From an uncultured Bifidobacterium sp. (GTDB taxonomy: Bacteria; Acidobacteriota; Vicinamibacteria; Vicinamibacterales; CAVVIG01), in the NCBI GenBank assembly GCA_964386715.1, contig CAYLTD010000002.1, forward strand, positions 109,449 through 173,448: DNA of 64,000 bases, written 5' to 3'. The notes under the pieces are model-generated. The model saw only the letters and a list, made by a program, of their open reading frames with translations, made no database searches and was not told the origin of the DNA. Below are positions 18,100-28,718 of this stretch, piece by piece. The translations under genes and the position numbers were made by a program. Every line of letters begins with the position of its first letter. Position 1 is the stretch's first letter.

Positions 18100-19187
18100 T
18101 GTTCACCGAGCGTTTTCGTAAGCCGGATGGTCGTGAGCTGCTGCTCTACGGGCGCGAGCCGGTCCGGGTCACGGCTCCCGTGCCGTCACCCTCCACGACG
18201 CCCCTTGCCCCCAACGCGCATCTGCGCTGGCACCCCCTGCGCGGCGAATGGGTCGCCTATGCCACGCATCGCCAGCACCGGACGTTCCTGCCGCCGGCCG
18301 CGTACAACCCTCTGGCCCCGACGACGGACCCGGCCCACCCGACCGAACTGCCGTCAGGCCAGTACGACGTCGCCGTCTTCGAGAACCTGTTTCCAGCGTT
18401 GACGGGGCTGGCGCACGATCCGCCCGACCTGGCCGGCATCCCCACGCGGCCGGCACACGGCGCGTGCGAGGTCGTGGTGTTCACGACCGATGCGCAGGGC
18501 TCGCTGGGATCGCTGCCGCTCGATCATCTGGCCCTGATCGTCGACGTGTGGGCGCAGCGGTACCTCGAGCTCGGGGCACGGCCGGACGTCGAGTACGTCT
18601 TCCCGTTCGAGAATCGCGGCGTCGAGGTCGGGGTGACACTGCATCATCCGCACGGGCAGATCTACGCGTATCCGTTCGTGCCGCCGATTCCGGCCCGCGA
18701 ACTCGCCCAGCAGCGCGCGTACCTGGAGGCCAACGGGCGCGGCCTGCTCGAGGATTTCGTCGCCAGGGAACTTGCCGAGGACCGCCGCACGCTGTACGTC
18801 GGGCCCTCGGTCGCAGCGTTCGTGCCCGCCTGCGCACGTTACCCCTACGAGGTCTGGGTGGCGCCGAAGCGGCCAGCCGCCTCGGTGGCGGCGCTGACCG
18901 ACGAGGAGCGGCTCGACTTCGCCCGCGCCCTGAAGCACACGCTGACCACGTTCGATGCGCTGTGGGGGACGCCCTTCCCCTACATCATGGCGTTTCACCA
19001 GGCACCGACCGACGGCGACGCCCATCCAGAGGCGCATCTGCACGTCGAGTTCTACCCGGCGTATCGGATGAAGGGTCGGTTGAAGTACCTCGCGGGCAGC
19101 GAAATCGGCGCCGGCGTCTTCACGGCAGACACCGATCCGGACGAGCGGGCGGCGGAGTTGCGGCGCGCACAGGTGTCGCGTGCCTGA
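18099..19187 (+). CDS. galT: Galactose-1-phosphate uridylyltransferase
   Basis: LRWHPLRGEWV, FENLFP, FENRG..VGVTLHHPHGQ (HxHxQ), YPYEVW; TGATG overlap with the GH2 stop. Confidence 0.93.
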   Translation: MFTERFRKPDGRELLLYGREPVRVTAPVPSPSTTPLAPNAHLRWHPLRGEWVAYATHRQHRTFLPPAAYNPLAPTTDPAHPTELPSGQYDVAVFENLFPALTGLAHDPPDLAGIPTRPAHGACEVVVFTTDAQGSLGSLPLDHLALIVDVWAQRYLELGARPDVEYVFPFENRGVEVGVTLHHPHGQIYAYPFVPPIPARELAQQRAYLEANGRGLLEDFVARELAEDRRTLYVGPSVAAFVPACARYPYEVWVAPKRPAASVAALTDEERLDFARALKHTLTTFDALWGTPFPYIMAFHQAPTDGDAHPEAHLHVEFYPAYRMKGRLKYLAGSEIGAGVFTADTDPDERAAELRRAQVSRA

Positions 19188-20280
19188 GCCACGGGAGCTG
19201 TTCGCACAGGTATTCGGCGGCACCGCTGACGTCGCCGTCACTGCGCACGGCCGCGTCAACCTGATAGGTGAGCACACCGACTACAACGACGGCTTCGTGC
19301 TGCCACTCGCGATTCCACAGGCGACCACCGTCCTTGCCGCAAGCCGTCCGGACGAGCGCGTGCGCCTGTGGAGTGCGAATGTGTCGCACCCGGCGTCGGG
19401 AGCCGAGTTCACGCTCGGCGAGGAGCGGAGGACGGGCACCTGGACCGACTACGTCCAGGGAGTGACGCAGGCCCTCCACGCAGGCGGACATCGCCTTGGC
19501 GGCGCGGACCTGTACGTCGCGTCCGACATCCCGGTCGGGGCCGGACTCTCGTCGAGTGCCGCCCTGGAGGTTGCGACCGTGCGAGCCTTCGCGGCGTTGT
19601 ACGGATTCGCGATCACGCCCCTCGAGTCGGCGCGCGTCGCGCACGAGGCCGAGGTGTCGTTCGTGGGGGTGCCCGTCGGCGTGATGGATCAGATGGCGTC
19701 GGCCATGGCTCGCACCGACGCGGCTTTGTTCATCGACACCCGCAGCCGCAGCGTCGAGCAGGTGCCCCTGCCGCGGGAGGTGGAACTGCTCGTCATCGAC
19801 TCCGCCGTGCCGCACGCGCACGCCGGCGGGGAGTACCGGACCAGGCGTCGGGAATGCGACGAGGCGGCCCGCCTGCTGGGCGTGGCAGCGCTGCGCGATG
19901 CGACACCCGAGAGCCTGCAATCCGCCGGGCTGCCCCCGCCGCTCGACAGGCGCGCACGGCACGTCCTCACTGAAAACGAACGCGTGCTCGAGATGCGTGC
20001 CGCGCTGCACGCGGCCAACGTGCCGGCTGCCGGCGCGCTGATGAATGCGTCCCACCGGTCGATGCGGGACGACTTCGAGGTCTCGACGGCCGAAGTCGAC
20101 GTGCTGGTCGACCTCGCGCAGTCGACCGACGGAGTCGCGGGGGCGCGCCTCACCGGCGGAGGCTTCGGCGGGTGCATCGTCGCGCTCGTCGCACGCGGCA
20201 GGGCGGCCGACGTGGGCCACGACGTGGTGCGGAAGTATGTCCAGCGGGTCGGCCGGCCCGCACGGGTGCTCGTCCCGTAG
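19180..20280 (+). CDS. galK: Galactokinase (GHMP family)
   Basis: GRVNLIGEHTDYNDG, PVGAGLSSSAALE, GVMDQ, GARLTGGGFGG; GTG start overlapping galT. Confidence 0.95.
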   Translation: MPEPRELFAQVFGGTADVAVTAHGRVNLIGEHTDYNDGFVLPLAIPQATTVLAASRPDERVRLWSANVSHPASGAEFTLGEERRTGTWTDYVQGVTQALHAGGHRLGGADLYVASDIPVGAGLSSSAALEVATVRAFAALYGFAITPLESARVAHEAEVSFVGVPVGVMDQMASAMARTDAALFIDTRSRSVEQVPLPREVELLVIDSAVPHAHAGGEYRTRRRECDEAARLLGVAALRDATPESLQSAGLPPPLDRRARHVLTENERVLEMRAALHAANVPAAGALMNASHRSMRDDFEVSTAEVDVLVDLAQSTDGVAGARLTGGGFGGCIVALVARGRAADVGHDVVRKYVQRVGRPARVLVP

Positions 20281-20358
20281 GCGCAGGGCGTCCGCGGTCG
20301 AGCGTGGCGAGCCCGGCAGGTGCGGGCACGGAAATTGGAGAGCACCTGACGGGTGACC

Positions 20359-21465
20359 ATGGACATTCTGTGCCTGTCCCATCTGCGGTGGGACTTCGTC
20401 TTTCAGCGGCCGCAGCATCTGCTCACGCGCGCCGCGCGCGAGGCCCGTGTGTTCTACGTGGAGGAGCCGGTGCTGCGCGATGGGCCTCCGGTGATGGAGC
20501 ATCGCGCCGTGACGCCGACCCTGCGCATCCTCACGCCTCATCTGCCCACAGGCAGCTCCCCGGCGGACCAGGCCCGCCTGCAGGCGGGACTGCTGCAGGA
20601 TCTGGTCGCGGAGCAGGACGTGACGCAGTTCGTGCTCTGGTACTACACACCGATGGCGCTGGCGTTCACGCACCAGCTGACCCCGTCGGCGGTGATCTAC
20701 GACTGCATGGACGAGTTGTCGGCCTTCGACGGGGCGCCCCCTGAACTGCGACAACGGGAGCAGGAGCTCTTTGCGACGGCCGATGTCGTGTTCACCGGCG
20801 GCCAGTCCCTGTACGAGGCCAAGCGCACACAGCATCACAACGTCCATGCGTTCCCGAGCAGCGTGGATGTCGCGCACTTCGCCCGCGCGCGCCAGGGCGG
20901 CGAGGAGGTCGAGGGCCAACGGGCGCTTCCTCGTCCGCGCATCGGGTTCTACGGCGTGATCGACGAGCGCATGGACTACGCGCTGCTGCGCGGCGTCGCC
21001 GCGGCACGATCGGACTGGCAGCTGGTGATGATCGGTCCCACCGCGAAGGTGGACCCCGCCGCGTTGCCGCAGGCGCGCAACATCCACTATCTCGGAGGCC
21101 GTCCCTACGAGCGTCTGCCCGACTACCTCCGAAGCTGGGACGTCGCGATGCTGCCGTTTGCGAAGAACGCGGCGACGCGCTTCATCAGCCCGACGAAGAC
21201 GCCGGAGTACCTCGCCGCCGGTCTGCCTGTCGTGTCCACGTCCATCCGGGACGTGGTGCGGCCGTACGGGGAGCTGGGGCTGGCGCGGATCGCGGACACC
21301 GTGGACGACTTCGTGGCCGCCGTCGACGCGGCGTTGACCGACGACCGGGCGGCCCATCGGCGCGCCGCCGACGACTTCCTCCGGAACCTCTCCTGGGATC
21401 GCACCTGGGAGGCCATGCGACGGCAACTGGCGAACGTCGCCGAAAGGCGGACTACACGTGTTTGA
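20359..21465 (+). CDS. Glycosyltransferase (GT-B, GT4/GT1-like) associated with glf
   Basis: CLSHLRWDFVFQRPQHL, WYYTPMA, YDCMDELS, GFYGVIDER, ISPTKTPEYLAAGLPVVST. Start 20353 (GTG) or 20359 (ATG). Confidence 0.88.
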   Translation: MDILCLSHLRWDFVFQRPQHLLTRAAREARVFYVEEPVLRDGPPVMEHRAVTPTLRILTPHLPTGSSPADQARLQAGLLQDLVAEQDVTQFVLWYYTPMALAFTHQLTPSAVIYDCMDELSAFDGAPPELRQREQELFATADVVFTGGQSLYEAKRTQHHNVHAFPSSVDVAHFARARQGGEEVEGQRALPRPRIGFYGVIDERMDYALLRGVAAARSDWQLVMIGPTAKVDPAALPQARNIHYLGGRPYERLPDYLRSWDVAMLPFAKNAATRFISPTKTPEYLAAGLPVVSTSIRDVVRPYGELGLARIADTVDDFVAAVDAALTDDRAAHRRAADDFLRNLSWDRTWEAMRRQLANVAERRTTRV

Positions 21466-22573
21466 TTACCTGATCATCGGCGCCGGGTTCGCCGGCAGCG
21501 TGCTCGCGGAACGCCTCGCCGCCGGCATGGACAAGAAGGTGCTCGTCGTCGACAAGCGCCCGCACATCGGCGGCAACGCCTACGATCACTACAACGAAGA
21601 CGGCCTGCTCGTGCACCGCTATGGGCCGCACATCTTTCACACGAACTCGAAAGAGGTCTTCGCCTATCTCTCGCGGTTCACGGAGTGGTTTCCGTACCAG
21701 CATCGCGTCCGAGCCTGGGTGGACGGGCAGCTCGTCCCCATCCCGATCAACCTCGACACGATCAACCGCCTGTACGGCACCAGCTTCACAGCGATGGAGC
21801 TCGCCGGGTTCTACAAGTCGCTCGCCGAGGCCCGCGATCCGGTACGAACGTCGGAGGACGTGATCGTCAGCCAGGTAGGGCGGGAGCTGTACGAGAAGTT
21901 CTTCCGCAACTACACGCGCAAGCAGTGGGGACTGGACCCCTCCGAACTCGACGCCGCGGTGACTGCCCGCGTGCCGGTGCGCACCAACCGGGACGACCGT
22001 TACTTCACCGACACGTACCAGGCCATGCCGAAGCACGGCTACACGCGCATGTTCGAGCGCATGCTCGCGCATCCGAACATCAAGATCCTGCTCAATACCG
22101 ACTACAGGGAAATCGAAGGGTCGATCCTGTACGACGAGGTCATCTGCACCGGCCCGATCGACGAGTACTTCGACTGCCAGTTCGGCAAGCTGCCGTACCG
22201 CTCGCTCGAGTTCCGCCACGAGACGCTCGATGCGCCGCAGGTGCAGGAAGTCGCGGTCGTGAACTACCCGAACGACCACCTGTACACGCGGGTCACCGAG
22301 TTCAAGCACCTCACGGGTCAGGTGCACCCGAAGACGGCACGCGTCTACGAGTACCCGCAGGCGGAAGGGGACCCGTACTACCCGATCCCGCGCCCGGAGA
22401 ACGCGGCGCTGTACAAGCGATACCAGGAGCTGGCCGACCGGACGCCGGGCGTGCACTTCGTCGGCCGCCTCGGAACCTACCGCTACTACAACATGGATCA
22501 GGTCGTGGCGCAGGCGCTGACGCTCTTCTCGAAGATCGCGGGCGTCCGTCGATCCGACTGCGTCGGGGCATGA
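21458..22573 (+). CDS. glf: UDP-galactopyranose mutase
   Basis: IIGAGFAG, HIGGNAYD, HRYGPHIFHTN, YTRKQWG, RYFTD.YQ, YPN...TRVTEFKH, DPYYP, GRLGTYRYYNMDQ. Confidence 0.97.
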   Translation: MFDYLIIGAGFAGSVLAERLAAGMDKKVLVVDKRPHIGGNAYDHYNEDGLLVHRYGPHIFHTNSKEVFAYLSRFTEWFPYQHRVRAWVDGQLVPIPINLDTINRLYGTSFTAMELAGFYKSLAEARDPVRTSEDVIVSQVGRELYEKFFRNYTRKQWGLDPSELDAAVTARVPVRTNRDDRYFTDTYQAMPKHGYTRMFERMLAHPNIKILLNTDYREIEGSILYDEVICTGPIDEYFDCQFGKLPYRSLEFRHETLDAPQVQEVAVVNYPNDHLYTRVTEFKHLTGQVHPKTARVYEYPQAEGDPYYPIPRPENAALYKRYQELADRTPGVHFVGRLGTYRYYNMDQVVAQALTLFSKIAGVRRSDCVGA

Positions 22574-24714
22574 CGTCGCGGGCCGGGCCGATCGAGTTGT
22601 GGGGCGGCATCGAGTGCACCATCAACAGGGTGCACGACCGCTACAACGACCAGCTCACGCGTGTGTCGGCCTATGACGTCGACCGGCTGGTCGACCTCAT
22701 TGCTGGGCTCGGCTTCCGCGTCGTCAGGTGGCCGGTGCTGTGGGAGCGCACTGCGCCCGCCGGTCTGCAGTCGGCCGACTGGGACTGGTGCACGCGGTCG
22801 CTGGAGGCCCTGCGCGACCGCGGCATCGAACCAATCGTGGGGCTCGTGCACCACGGGAGCGGTCCACCCGACACGCACCTGCTCGACCCGCAGTTTCCGT
22901 CGCGGCTAGCCGCCTACGCAACGGCCGTGGCCGAGCGTTTCCCGTGGGTGCGGTTCTTCACACCGGTCAACGAGCCCCTGACGACCGCGCGCTTCTCCGG
23001 CCTGTACGGACACTGGTACCCCCATCGGGCCGACGATGCCTCGTTCCTGAGAGCCCTCGACCACCAGGTCGCCGGCACGCTCGAGGCGATGCGAGCCATC
23101 CGGCAGGTGATCCCCGCGGCCAGGCTGATCCAGACCGAGGATGCGGGCAGCACGCAGGCCACCGCACCGCTGCGCGAGCAAGCTGCCTTCGAGAACGCAC
23201 GACGCTGGCTCAGCCTCGACCTGCTCTCGGGCCGCGTGGCACAGGACCATGCGCTGGTCCCGTACCTCGATCGCCATGGGCTCACGGAGGAACGTCGGGC
23301 CTGGTTCGGCGAGCATGCGATCGTACCGGACGTGATCGGCCTGAACTACTACGTCACCAGCGACCGCTTCCTCGATCACCGGCTCTCCCGCCATCCTTCG
23401 CACACCCACGGCGGCAACGGGCGCCAGAGGTACGCCGACGTCGAGGCCGCGCGGACCCCGGACGCCAGCGTGCGCGGTCACGAAGCGGTGCTGGTCGAGG
23501 CGTGGACGCGGTACGGAACCCCCGTCGCAATCACGGAGGCACACCTCGGCTGCACTCGCGAGGAACAGATCCGCTGGCTGCGTGACGCCTGGGTCGGTGC
23601 GCACGCGGCCCGCGCCCGTGGGGCAGACGTGCGCGCGGTCACGCTGTGGGCGCTCCTCGGCTCGACCGACTGGGACTCGCTCGTGACGCGTGACGCCGGC
23701 CACTACGAACCGGGAGCGTTCGACATGCGGGCGCCGACACCGCGCCCGACAGCCCTTGCCGCGGCCGCCGTCACGATCTCACGCGAGGGTCGCCTCGCAC
23801 ATCCGGCGGCGGACGGTCCGGGGTGGTGGGACCACCGGGCGCCGGCGCTTCCCGGGCGCCGCCCGATCGTGGTCCTCGGCGCCACGGGAACCCTCGGTTA
23901 CGCCACGCTGCGCGCCTGCGAGCGCCGCGGCCTCGCCGCGGTGGCGGTGTCCCGTCACGACCTCGACCTCTCCGACGTGTCGTCGGTACTCACGATGCTC
24001 GCGGCTCACCGTCCCTGGGCCGTGGTGAACGCCGCGGGGTACGTGCGTGTGGACGATGCCGAGCGCGAGGTCCGCGCCTGCCGCCGCGTGAACGCGGTCG
24101 TGCCCGCGGTGCTGGCACTCGCCTGTCGGAAAGCCGGGGTCGCGCTGGCGACCTTCTCATCCGATCTGGTCTTCGACGGGGCGACCGACGTGCCGTATCG
24201 CGAGTCGGACCGGGTCCAGCCTCTGAACGTCTACGGGCACAGCAAGGCCGAAGCGGAGCATCGCGTGATGGCCCTGGACCCGAAGGCGCTCGTCATCCGC
24301 ACGAGCGCCTTCTTCGGACCGTGGGATCGGGCGAACTTCGTCACGCACGCGCTCGAGCGCCTCGCCGCGCGCCAGCCGCTCCGGGCACCCTCCGACGTGA
24401 CGGTGTCGCCCACCTACGTGCCCGACCTGGTGGACGCGACGCTCGATCTGCTGGTGGACGGGGCAGGGGGGCTGTGGCACCTCGCCAACGACGGAGCCGT
24501 CAGCTGGTACGAGCTGGCGCAGCTGGCGGCGCGGCACGTGGGGCTCGTGCCGTCCACGCTCGAACCGTGCTCGAACGATTCGCTCCAACTGCCGGCCACG
24601 CGGCCGAGGTATTCCGCGCTGAGCACGTCGCGCGGCGCGCTGATGCCGTCGCTCGAGGATGCCCTCGTTCGCTACGTCTACCAGCGCGCAGGCGCGGCGA
24701 GCAACGCTGCCTAG
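22570..24714 (+). CDS. Fusion protein: N-terminal GH1-like glycosidase plus C-terminal RmlD-like SDR (sugar-nucleotide reductase)
   Basis: ATGA overlap with glf. GH1-type VNEPL and ITEAH; then GATGTLG, VVNAAGYVRVDDAE, FSSDLVFDG, YGHSK, SPTYVPDL, RPRYSAL. Confidence 0.85.
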   Translation: MTSRAGPIELWGGIECTINRVHDRYNDQLTRVSAYDVDRLVDLIAGLGFRVVRWPVLWERTAPAGLQSADWDWCTRSLEALRDRGIEPIVGLVHHGSGPPDTHLLDPQFPSRLAAYATAVAERFPWVRFFTPVNEPLTTARFSGLYGHWYPHRADDASFLRALDHQVAGTLEAMRAIRQVIPAARLIQTEDAGSTQATAPLREQAAFENARRWLSLDLLSGRVAQDHALVPYLDRHGLTEERRAWFGEHAIVPDVIGLNYYVTSDRFLDHRLSRHPSHTHGGNGRQRYADVEAARTPDASVRGHEAVLVEAWTRYGTPVAITEAHLGCTREEQIRWLRDAWVGAHAARARGADVRAVTLWALLGSTDWDSLVTRDAGHYEPGAFDMRAPTPRPTALAAAAVTISREGRLAHPAADGPGWWDHRAPALPGRRPIVVLGATGTLGYATLRACERRGLAAVAVSRHDLDLSDVSSVLTMLAAHRPWAVVNAAGYVRVDDAEREVRACRRVNAVVPAVLALACRKAGVALATFSSDLVFDGATDVPYRESDRVQPLNVYGHSKAEAEHRVMALDPKALVIRTSAFFGPWDRANFVTHALERLAARQPLRAPSDVTVSPTYVPDLVDATLDLLVDGAGGLWHLANDGAVSWYELAQLAARHVGLVPSTLEPCSNDSLQLPATRPRYSALSTSRGALMPSLEDALVRYVYQRAGAASNAA

Positions 24715-24857
24715 CCCTTGAGGTACTTCTCGGGATCGGCGTCGAACTTGCGCTTGCAGCTGGCGGCGCAGAAGTAGTACGTCTGCCCCTTGTACTCGCT
24801 GGTTCCGGCGTTCTTCTTCTCGTCCACCTGCATCTTGCACACGGGATCGACGGCCAT
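24711..24857 (-). CDS. 48-aa stand-alone YHS/TRASH-domain protein (absent from the ORF track)
   Basis: Translated by hand: MAVDPVCKMQVDEKKNAGTSEYKGQTYYFCAASCKRKFDADPEKYLKG*. It lies immediately downstream of copA. Confidence 0.9.
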   Translation of the reverse strand: MAVDPVCKMQVDEKKNAGTSEYKGQTYYFCAASCKRKFDADPEKYLKG

Positions 24858-24914
24858 CACACACCCCCAGTGGCTCAGCCGGCAGCTTCACGCCGCCGGA
24901 CTGCCTCGATCATC

Positions 24915-27212
24915 TCACAGCACCAGCCGCCGGAGGCGCAGCGCGTTGCCGATCACAGACACCGAGCTGAACGTCATGGCCGCGCTCGCCCAGATCGGGC
25001 TGATGAGCGTACCGGTCAACGGGTACAGGAGGCCCGCGGCGACCGGCACCCCGACGGCGTTGTACACGAAGGCCAGGAACAGGTTCTGCCGGATGTTCCG
25101 CATCGTCGCGCGTGACAGCCGGCGGGCGCGCACCAGTCCACGCAGGTCCCCCTTCACGAGCGTGATGCCGGCACTCTCAATGGCCACGTCGGTGCCCGTG
25201 CCCATCGCGATCCCGACCGCAGCTTCGGCCAGCGCCGGTGCGTCGTTGATGCCGTCGCCCGCCATCGCCACCGAGCTTCCGTTTCGCTGAAGCTCGCGCA
25301 CCACATCACGCTTCGCGTCAGGCAGCACACCCGCGTGCACCTCGTCGAGGCCAAGCCGGTCGGCCACGGCGCGCGCCGTGGCCTCGTCGTCGCCCGTCAG
25401 CATGACGATACGAAGTCCCTCGGCGCGCAGTGCCCGAATCGCGTCCGGCGTCGAGGGTTTGATCGGATCAGCGATGCCGAGGAGTGCAACCAGCCGGCGG
25501 TTCCACGCCAGGTAGACGACGGTCTGCCCCTCGCGCCGCAGGTCGTTGGCGCGCGCCTGCGCGTCTTCGATATCGATGGCGGCCGCGGTCATCATCGCGG
25601 GATTGCCGAGCGCCACGGCGCTGCCTGCGATCTCTCCCTCGATACCGTGCCCCGGCACTGCGCGGAAAGCCGTGACGCCCGACAGGGGCAGCCCCCGCGC
25701 GCGCGCCGCGGCAACGACCGCCTGCGCCAGCGGGTGTTCGCTCGCCTGCTCGAGTGATGCCGCCACCCCGAGTGCCGCATCGTCGGCTACACCACCGAAC
25801 GTGGTGATGGACACGAGCGAGGGACGACCTTCGGTCAGCGTGCCCGTCTTGTCGACGATCAGCGTGTTCACCCGTTCGAGCCGCTCGAGTGCCGCAGCGT
25901 CGCGCACCAGGACGCCCTCCGTGGCTCCCCGGCCCGTGCCAACCATGATTGCCATCGGCGTCGCCAGCCCGAGGGCGCACGGACAGGCGATGATCAGCAC
26001 CGCCACGGCCGCCACCACCGCGTGCGCGAGTTTCGGCTCCGGACCTGCGACGAACCAGCTCACGAACCCCGTGATGGCCACCAGGACGACCGCAGGCACG
26101 AAGAACGCCGAGACGCGGTCGGCGAGCCGCTGGATCGGGGCGCGGCTGCGCTGTGCCTCGGTCACCATCTGGACGATGCGGGCCAGCAGCGTATCGCGGC
26201 CCACGCGCTCGGCGCGGAACACGATGGATCCCGTGCCGTTGATCGACCCGGCGGTGACCCACGCCCCGGGCTGCTTCTCGACGGGGATCGGTTCGCCGCT
26301 GATCATGCTCTCGTCGATCGACGTCGTGCCTTCGAGCACCGTGCCGTCCACCGGCACCCGGTCGCCCGGCCGTACCCGGCACACATCGCCCACACGAACC
26401 TCGCCGAGCGGCACGTCGGCTTCGTCGCCGTCCCTGAGCACGCGCGCCGTGTCGGGCGCAAGGCCGAGCAGTTGGCGGATCGCCGAGCTGGTCTGGTGCC
26501 GCGCTCGCAGTTCGAGCACCTGGCCCAGCAGCACGAGAACGGTGATCACGACGGCCGTGTCGAAGTACGTGTCCACCGCTCCGTGCGGCCGGAGAGCCGG
26601 AGGAAAGAGGACCGGCAGCATAGTCCCGAGCGCGCTGTACGCGAACGCTGCACCGACGCCGAGCGCGATCAGCGTGAACATGTTCGGGCTGCGGTTGGCC
26701 ACGGACAACCAGGCGCGTTCGAAAAACGGGCGCCCGGTCCAGAACACGACCGGTATGGACAACAGAAGGCTCGCCCAGTTCAGCAATTGCCCACGGGCCA
26801 TCATCAACGCGCCGCCGGTAAGCATGTCGCCCATGGTCACCAGGAACACTGGCGCCGCGAGCCCGGCCGCAAGCCAGAACCGGCGGGTCATGTCGACCAG
26901 TTCCGGGTTCGGTCCATCGTCGAGCCGCACCACCATGGGCTCCAGGGCCATCCCGCAAATGGGACACGGCCCTGGCTGGTCGCGGACGATCTCGGGGTCC
27001 ATGGGACAGGTGTACTGGACGGCTTCGCCTTCGCCTGTCTCGGGCACTGGAGGGACGTACGGCTCATCTCCGAGGAACTGCGCGGGGTTCTCGCGGAAGC
27101 GCTCGAGGCAGACCTCCGCACAGAAGTGGTAGGTCACCCCTTCGAACTCGACCGTACCGACCGAGTCCTCTTCCTCGATTTCCATCTTGCACACTGGATC
27201 GACGTAGCTCAT
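24915..27212 (-). CDS. copA: P1B-1 Cu(I)/Ag(I)-exporting ATPase with N-terminal YHS and heavy-metal-binding (YTCPMDP...[10 protein letters not shown]) domains
   Basis: Start [10 protein letters not shown] at 27212; TGE-like [48 protein letters not shown] and MTFSS. Confidence 0.9.
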   Translation of the reverse strand: MSYVDPVCKMEIEEEDSVGTVEFEGVTYHFCAEVCLERFRENPAQFLGDEPYVPPVPETGEGEAVQYTCPMDPEIVRDQPGPCPICGMALEPMVVRLDDGPNPELVDMTRRFWLAAGLAAPVFLVTMGDMLTGGALMMARGQLLNWASLLLSIPVVFWTGRPFFERAWLSVANRSPNMFTLIALGVGAAFAYSALGTMLPVLFPPALRPHGAVDTYFDTAVVITVLVLLGQVLELRARHQTSSAIRQLLGLAPDTARVLRDGDEADVPLGEVRVGDVCRVRPGDRVPVDGTVLEGTTSIDESMISGEPIPVEKQPGAWVTAGSINGTGSIVFRAERVGRDTLLARIVQMVTEAQRSRAPIQRLADRVSAFFVPAVVLVAITGFVSWFVAGPEPKLAHAVVAAVAVLIIACPCALGLATPMAIMVGTGRGATEGVLVRDAAALERLERVNTLIVDKTGTLTEGRPSLVSITTFGGVADDAALGVAASLEQASEHPLAQAVVAAARARGLPLSGVTAFRAVPGHGIEGEIAGSAVALGNPAMMTAAAIDIEDAQARANDLRREGQTVVYLAWNRRLVALLGIADPIKPSTPDAIRALRAEGLRIVMLTGDDEATARAVADRLGLDEVHAGVLPDAKRDVVRELQRNGSSVAMAGDGINDAPALAEAAVGIAMGTGTDVAIESAGITLVKGDLRGLVRARRLSRATMRNIRQNLFLAFVYNAVGVPVAAGLLYPLTGTLISPIWASAAMTFSSVSVIGNALRLRRLVL

Positions 27213-27293
27213 GGGTGGTTCGATCTTGGCACGAAGTGCGCGACGGAGGAATGCGCCGGCGGAGCGGGCCACCGGCTCGCGTATGCTCGACGC

Positions 27294-28709
27294 ATGCGGC
27301 GTCTCTCGCGGACCGAGTGGCTGCTTTCCCTGGGAACGTGCCTTGTCCTGCTGCTCTTCGTCCTGATCGTGCGGAACAACCTCGACGCCATGCGGACCCT
27401 GCGCGACGAAAGTACGCTGGCGATGCGCACACTCGAGGTGCAGCGGCGCCTGGACGGCGTGCTCCTTGCCGAGGTCCAGGCCGACAGCGCGGCGCGCGCG
27501 TTCCTGCTCACACGGAACCCGAGCCTCCTGCCCCAGCTGCGCGACGCACAGGCGCAGGCCGTCGACCGGGTGGAGCAACTGGCGGGACTCTCCGCCGGCA
27601 ACCCTGCAGTGGAGCAGCGCGTGCCGCACCTGCGCGAGGCCGTCCGCCGCATGAACACGCGGCTGGCCGCCGTGGTGGCGACGCGGGAGGCCGGGACGAT
27701 TGGCGACGCCCTCGACGCCGCGCGCTCGGCGGACACGAGTGGAGCTCGATCGGATATCCGCCGGATCATCGCCGACATGGAACGGGAGGAACTTCGCCAG
27801 CTGGCCGAGCGGCGGACCGCGGCGGACCAGGCCTACGAGCGGGCCGTTGGCGGGCGGGTGGGCAGCGCGGTGGTGAGCGGGGCGCTGCTCGTGGCGGTCA
27901 CGCTCCTCTCGCTGCGCCACGCACGCGGCCGCGCCGATCGCGAGGCATCCCTGATGGAGAGCGAACGGCGCGCCCGGGAGGCGGCGGAGCGCGAGCAGGA
28001 GGCCCGTGCGGAGGCGGAGCTGGCCAACCGGCGCAAGGATCAGTTCCTCGCGGTGCTGTCCCATGAGCTGCGCACCCCACTGAACGCCGTGCTCGGGTGG
28101 ACCCAGATCCTGCAGGTGTCGAAGGTGGAAGAGGCGACACTGGCGCGCGCGCTGGCGTCGATCAGACGCAACGCCGAGGCGCAGCAGCACCTGGTGGAGG
28201 ACCTCCTCGATGTCTCGCGCATCCTGGCCGGAAAGCTGCCGATGGAGCGCGCGAGTGTCGACCTGCGCGACGTGGTCGCGCAGGTCGTCGAGGCGATGCG
28301 GCCCGACGCGGCGCGCAAGGGACTCGAACTCGTCGCGTCGCTCGGCGATGCCGGGAGCGTGAATGGCGACCGGCACCGGATGCGGCAGGTGGTGGCGAAT
28401 CTCCTCAGCAACGCAGTGAAGTTCACGCCACAGGGCGGGCGCGTGACCGTGACGCTCACGCGTGAGGGCCACACCGCGGCGCTGCTCGAGGTCCAGGACA
28501 CCGGGCAGGGTTTCGACGAGAGCTTCGCGCCCCGCCTGTTCGAGCGATTCCAGCAGAGCGACGCAAGCACGACCCGCTTACACGGCGGACTGGGCCTGGG
28601 GCTCGCCATCGTCAAGCACATCGTCGACGCGCACGGCGGCACGATCGAAGGGGCCAGTGACGGGCCGCAGCAGGGCGCGACGTTTCGTGTGCGCCTGCCA
28701 ACCGTCTAG
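27294..28709 (+). CDS. Membrane sensor histidine kinase with CHASE3-like extracytoplasmic domain
   Basis: Two TM helices flanking a helical domain ([13 protein letters not shown]); [36 protein letters not shown]. No receiver domain. Confidence 0.88.
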   Translation: MRRLSRTEWLLSLGTCLVLLLFVLIVRNNLDAMRTLRDESTLAMRTLEVQRRLDGVLLAEVQADSAARAFLLTRNPSLLPQLRDAQAQAVDRVEQLAGLSAGNPAVEQRVPHLREAVRRMNTRLAAVVATREAGTIGDALDAARSADTSGARSDIRRIIADMEREELRQLAERRTAADQAYERAVGGRVGSAVVSGALLVAVTLLSLRHARGRADREASLMESERRAREAAEREQEARAEAELANRRKDQFLAVLSHELRTPLNAVLGWTQILQVSKVEEATLARALASIRRNAEAQQHLVEDLLDVSRILAGKLPMERASVDLRDVVAQVVEAMRPDAARKGLELVASLGDAGSVNGDRHRMRQVVANLLSNAVKFTPQGGRVTVTLTREGHTAALLEVQDTGQGFDESFAPRLFERFQQSDASTTRLHGGLGLGLAIVKHIVDAHGGTIEGASDGPQQGATFRVRLPTV

Positions 28710-28718
28710 AATCAGGGG

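Noticed and set aside
21685-22569. Apparent 295-aa N-terminal extension of the GH1::RmlD fusion (similarly 17430-18098 for galT and 48181-48924 for rimI)
   Set aside because: These are alternate frames inside glf, GH2 and tsaB. True starts coincide with ATGA/TGATG overlaps.
24915-28709. Apparent 1185-aa CopA (24915-28472) and 895-aa kinase (26022-28709) overlapping head-to-head
   Set aside because: The extensions are each other's antisense shadow. Real starts are 27212 and 27294, which gives ordinary divergent genes.
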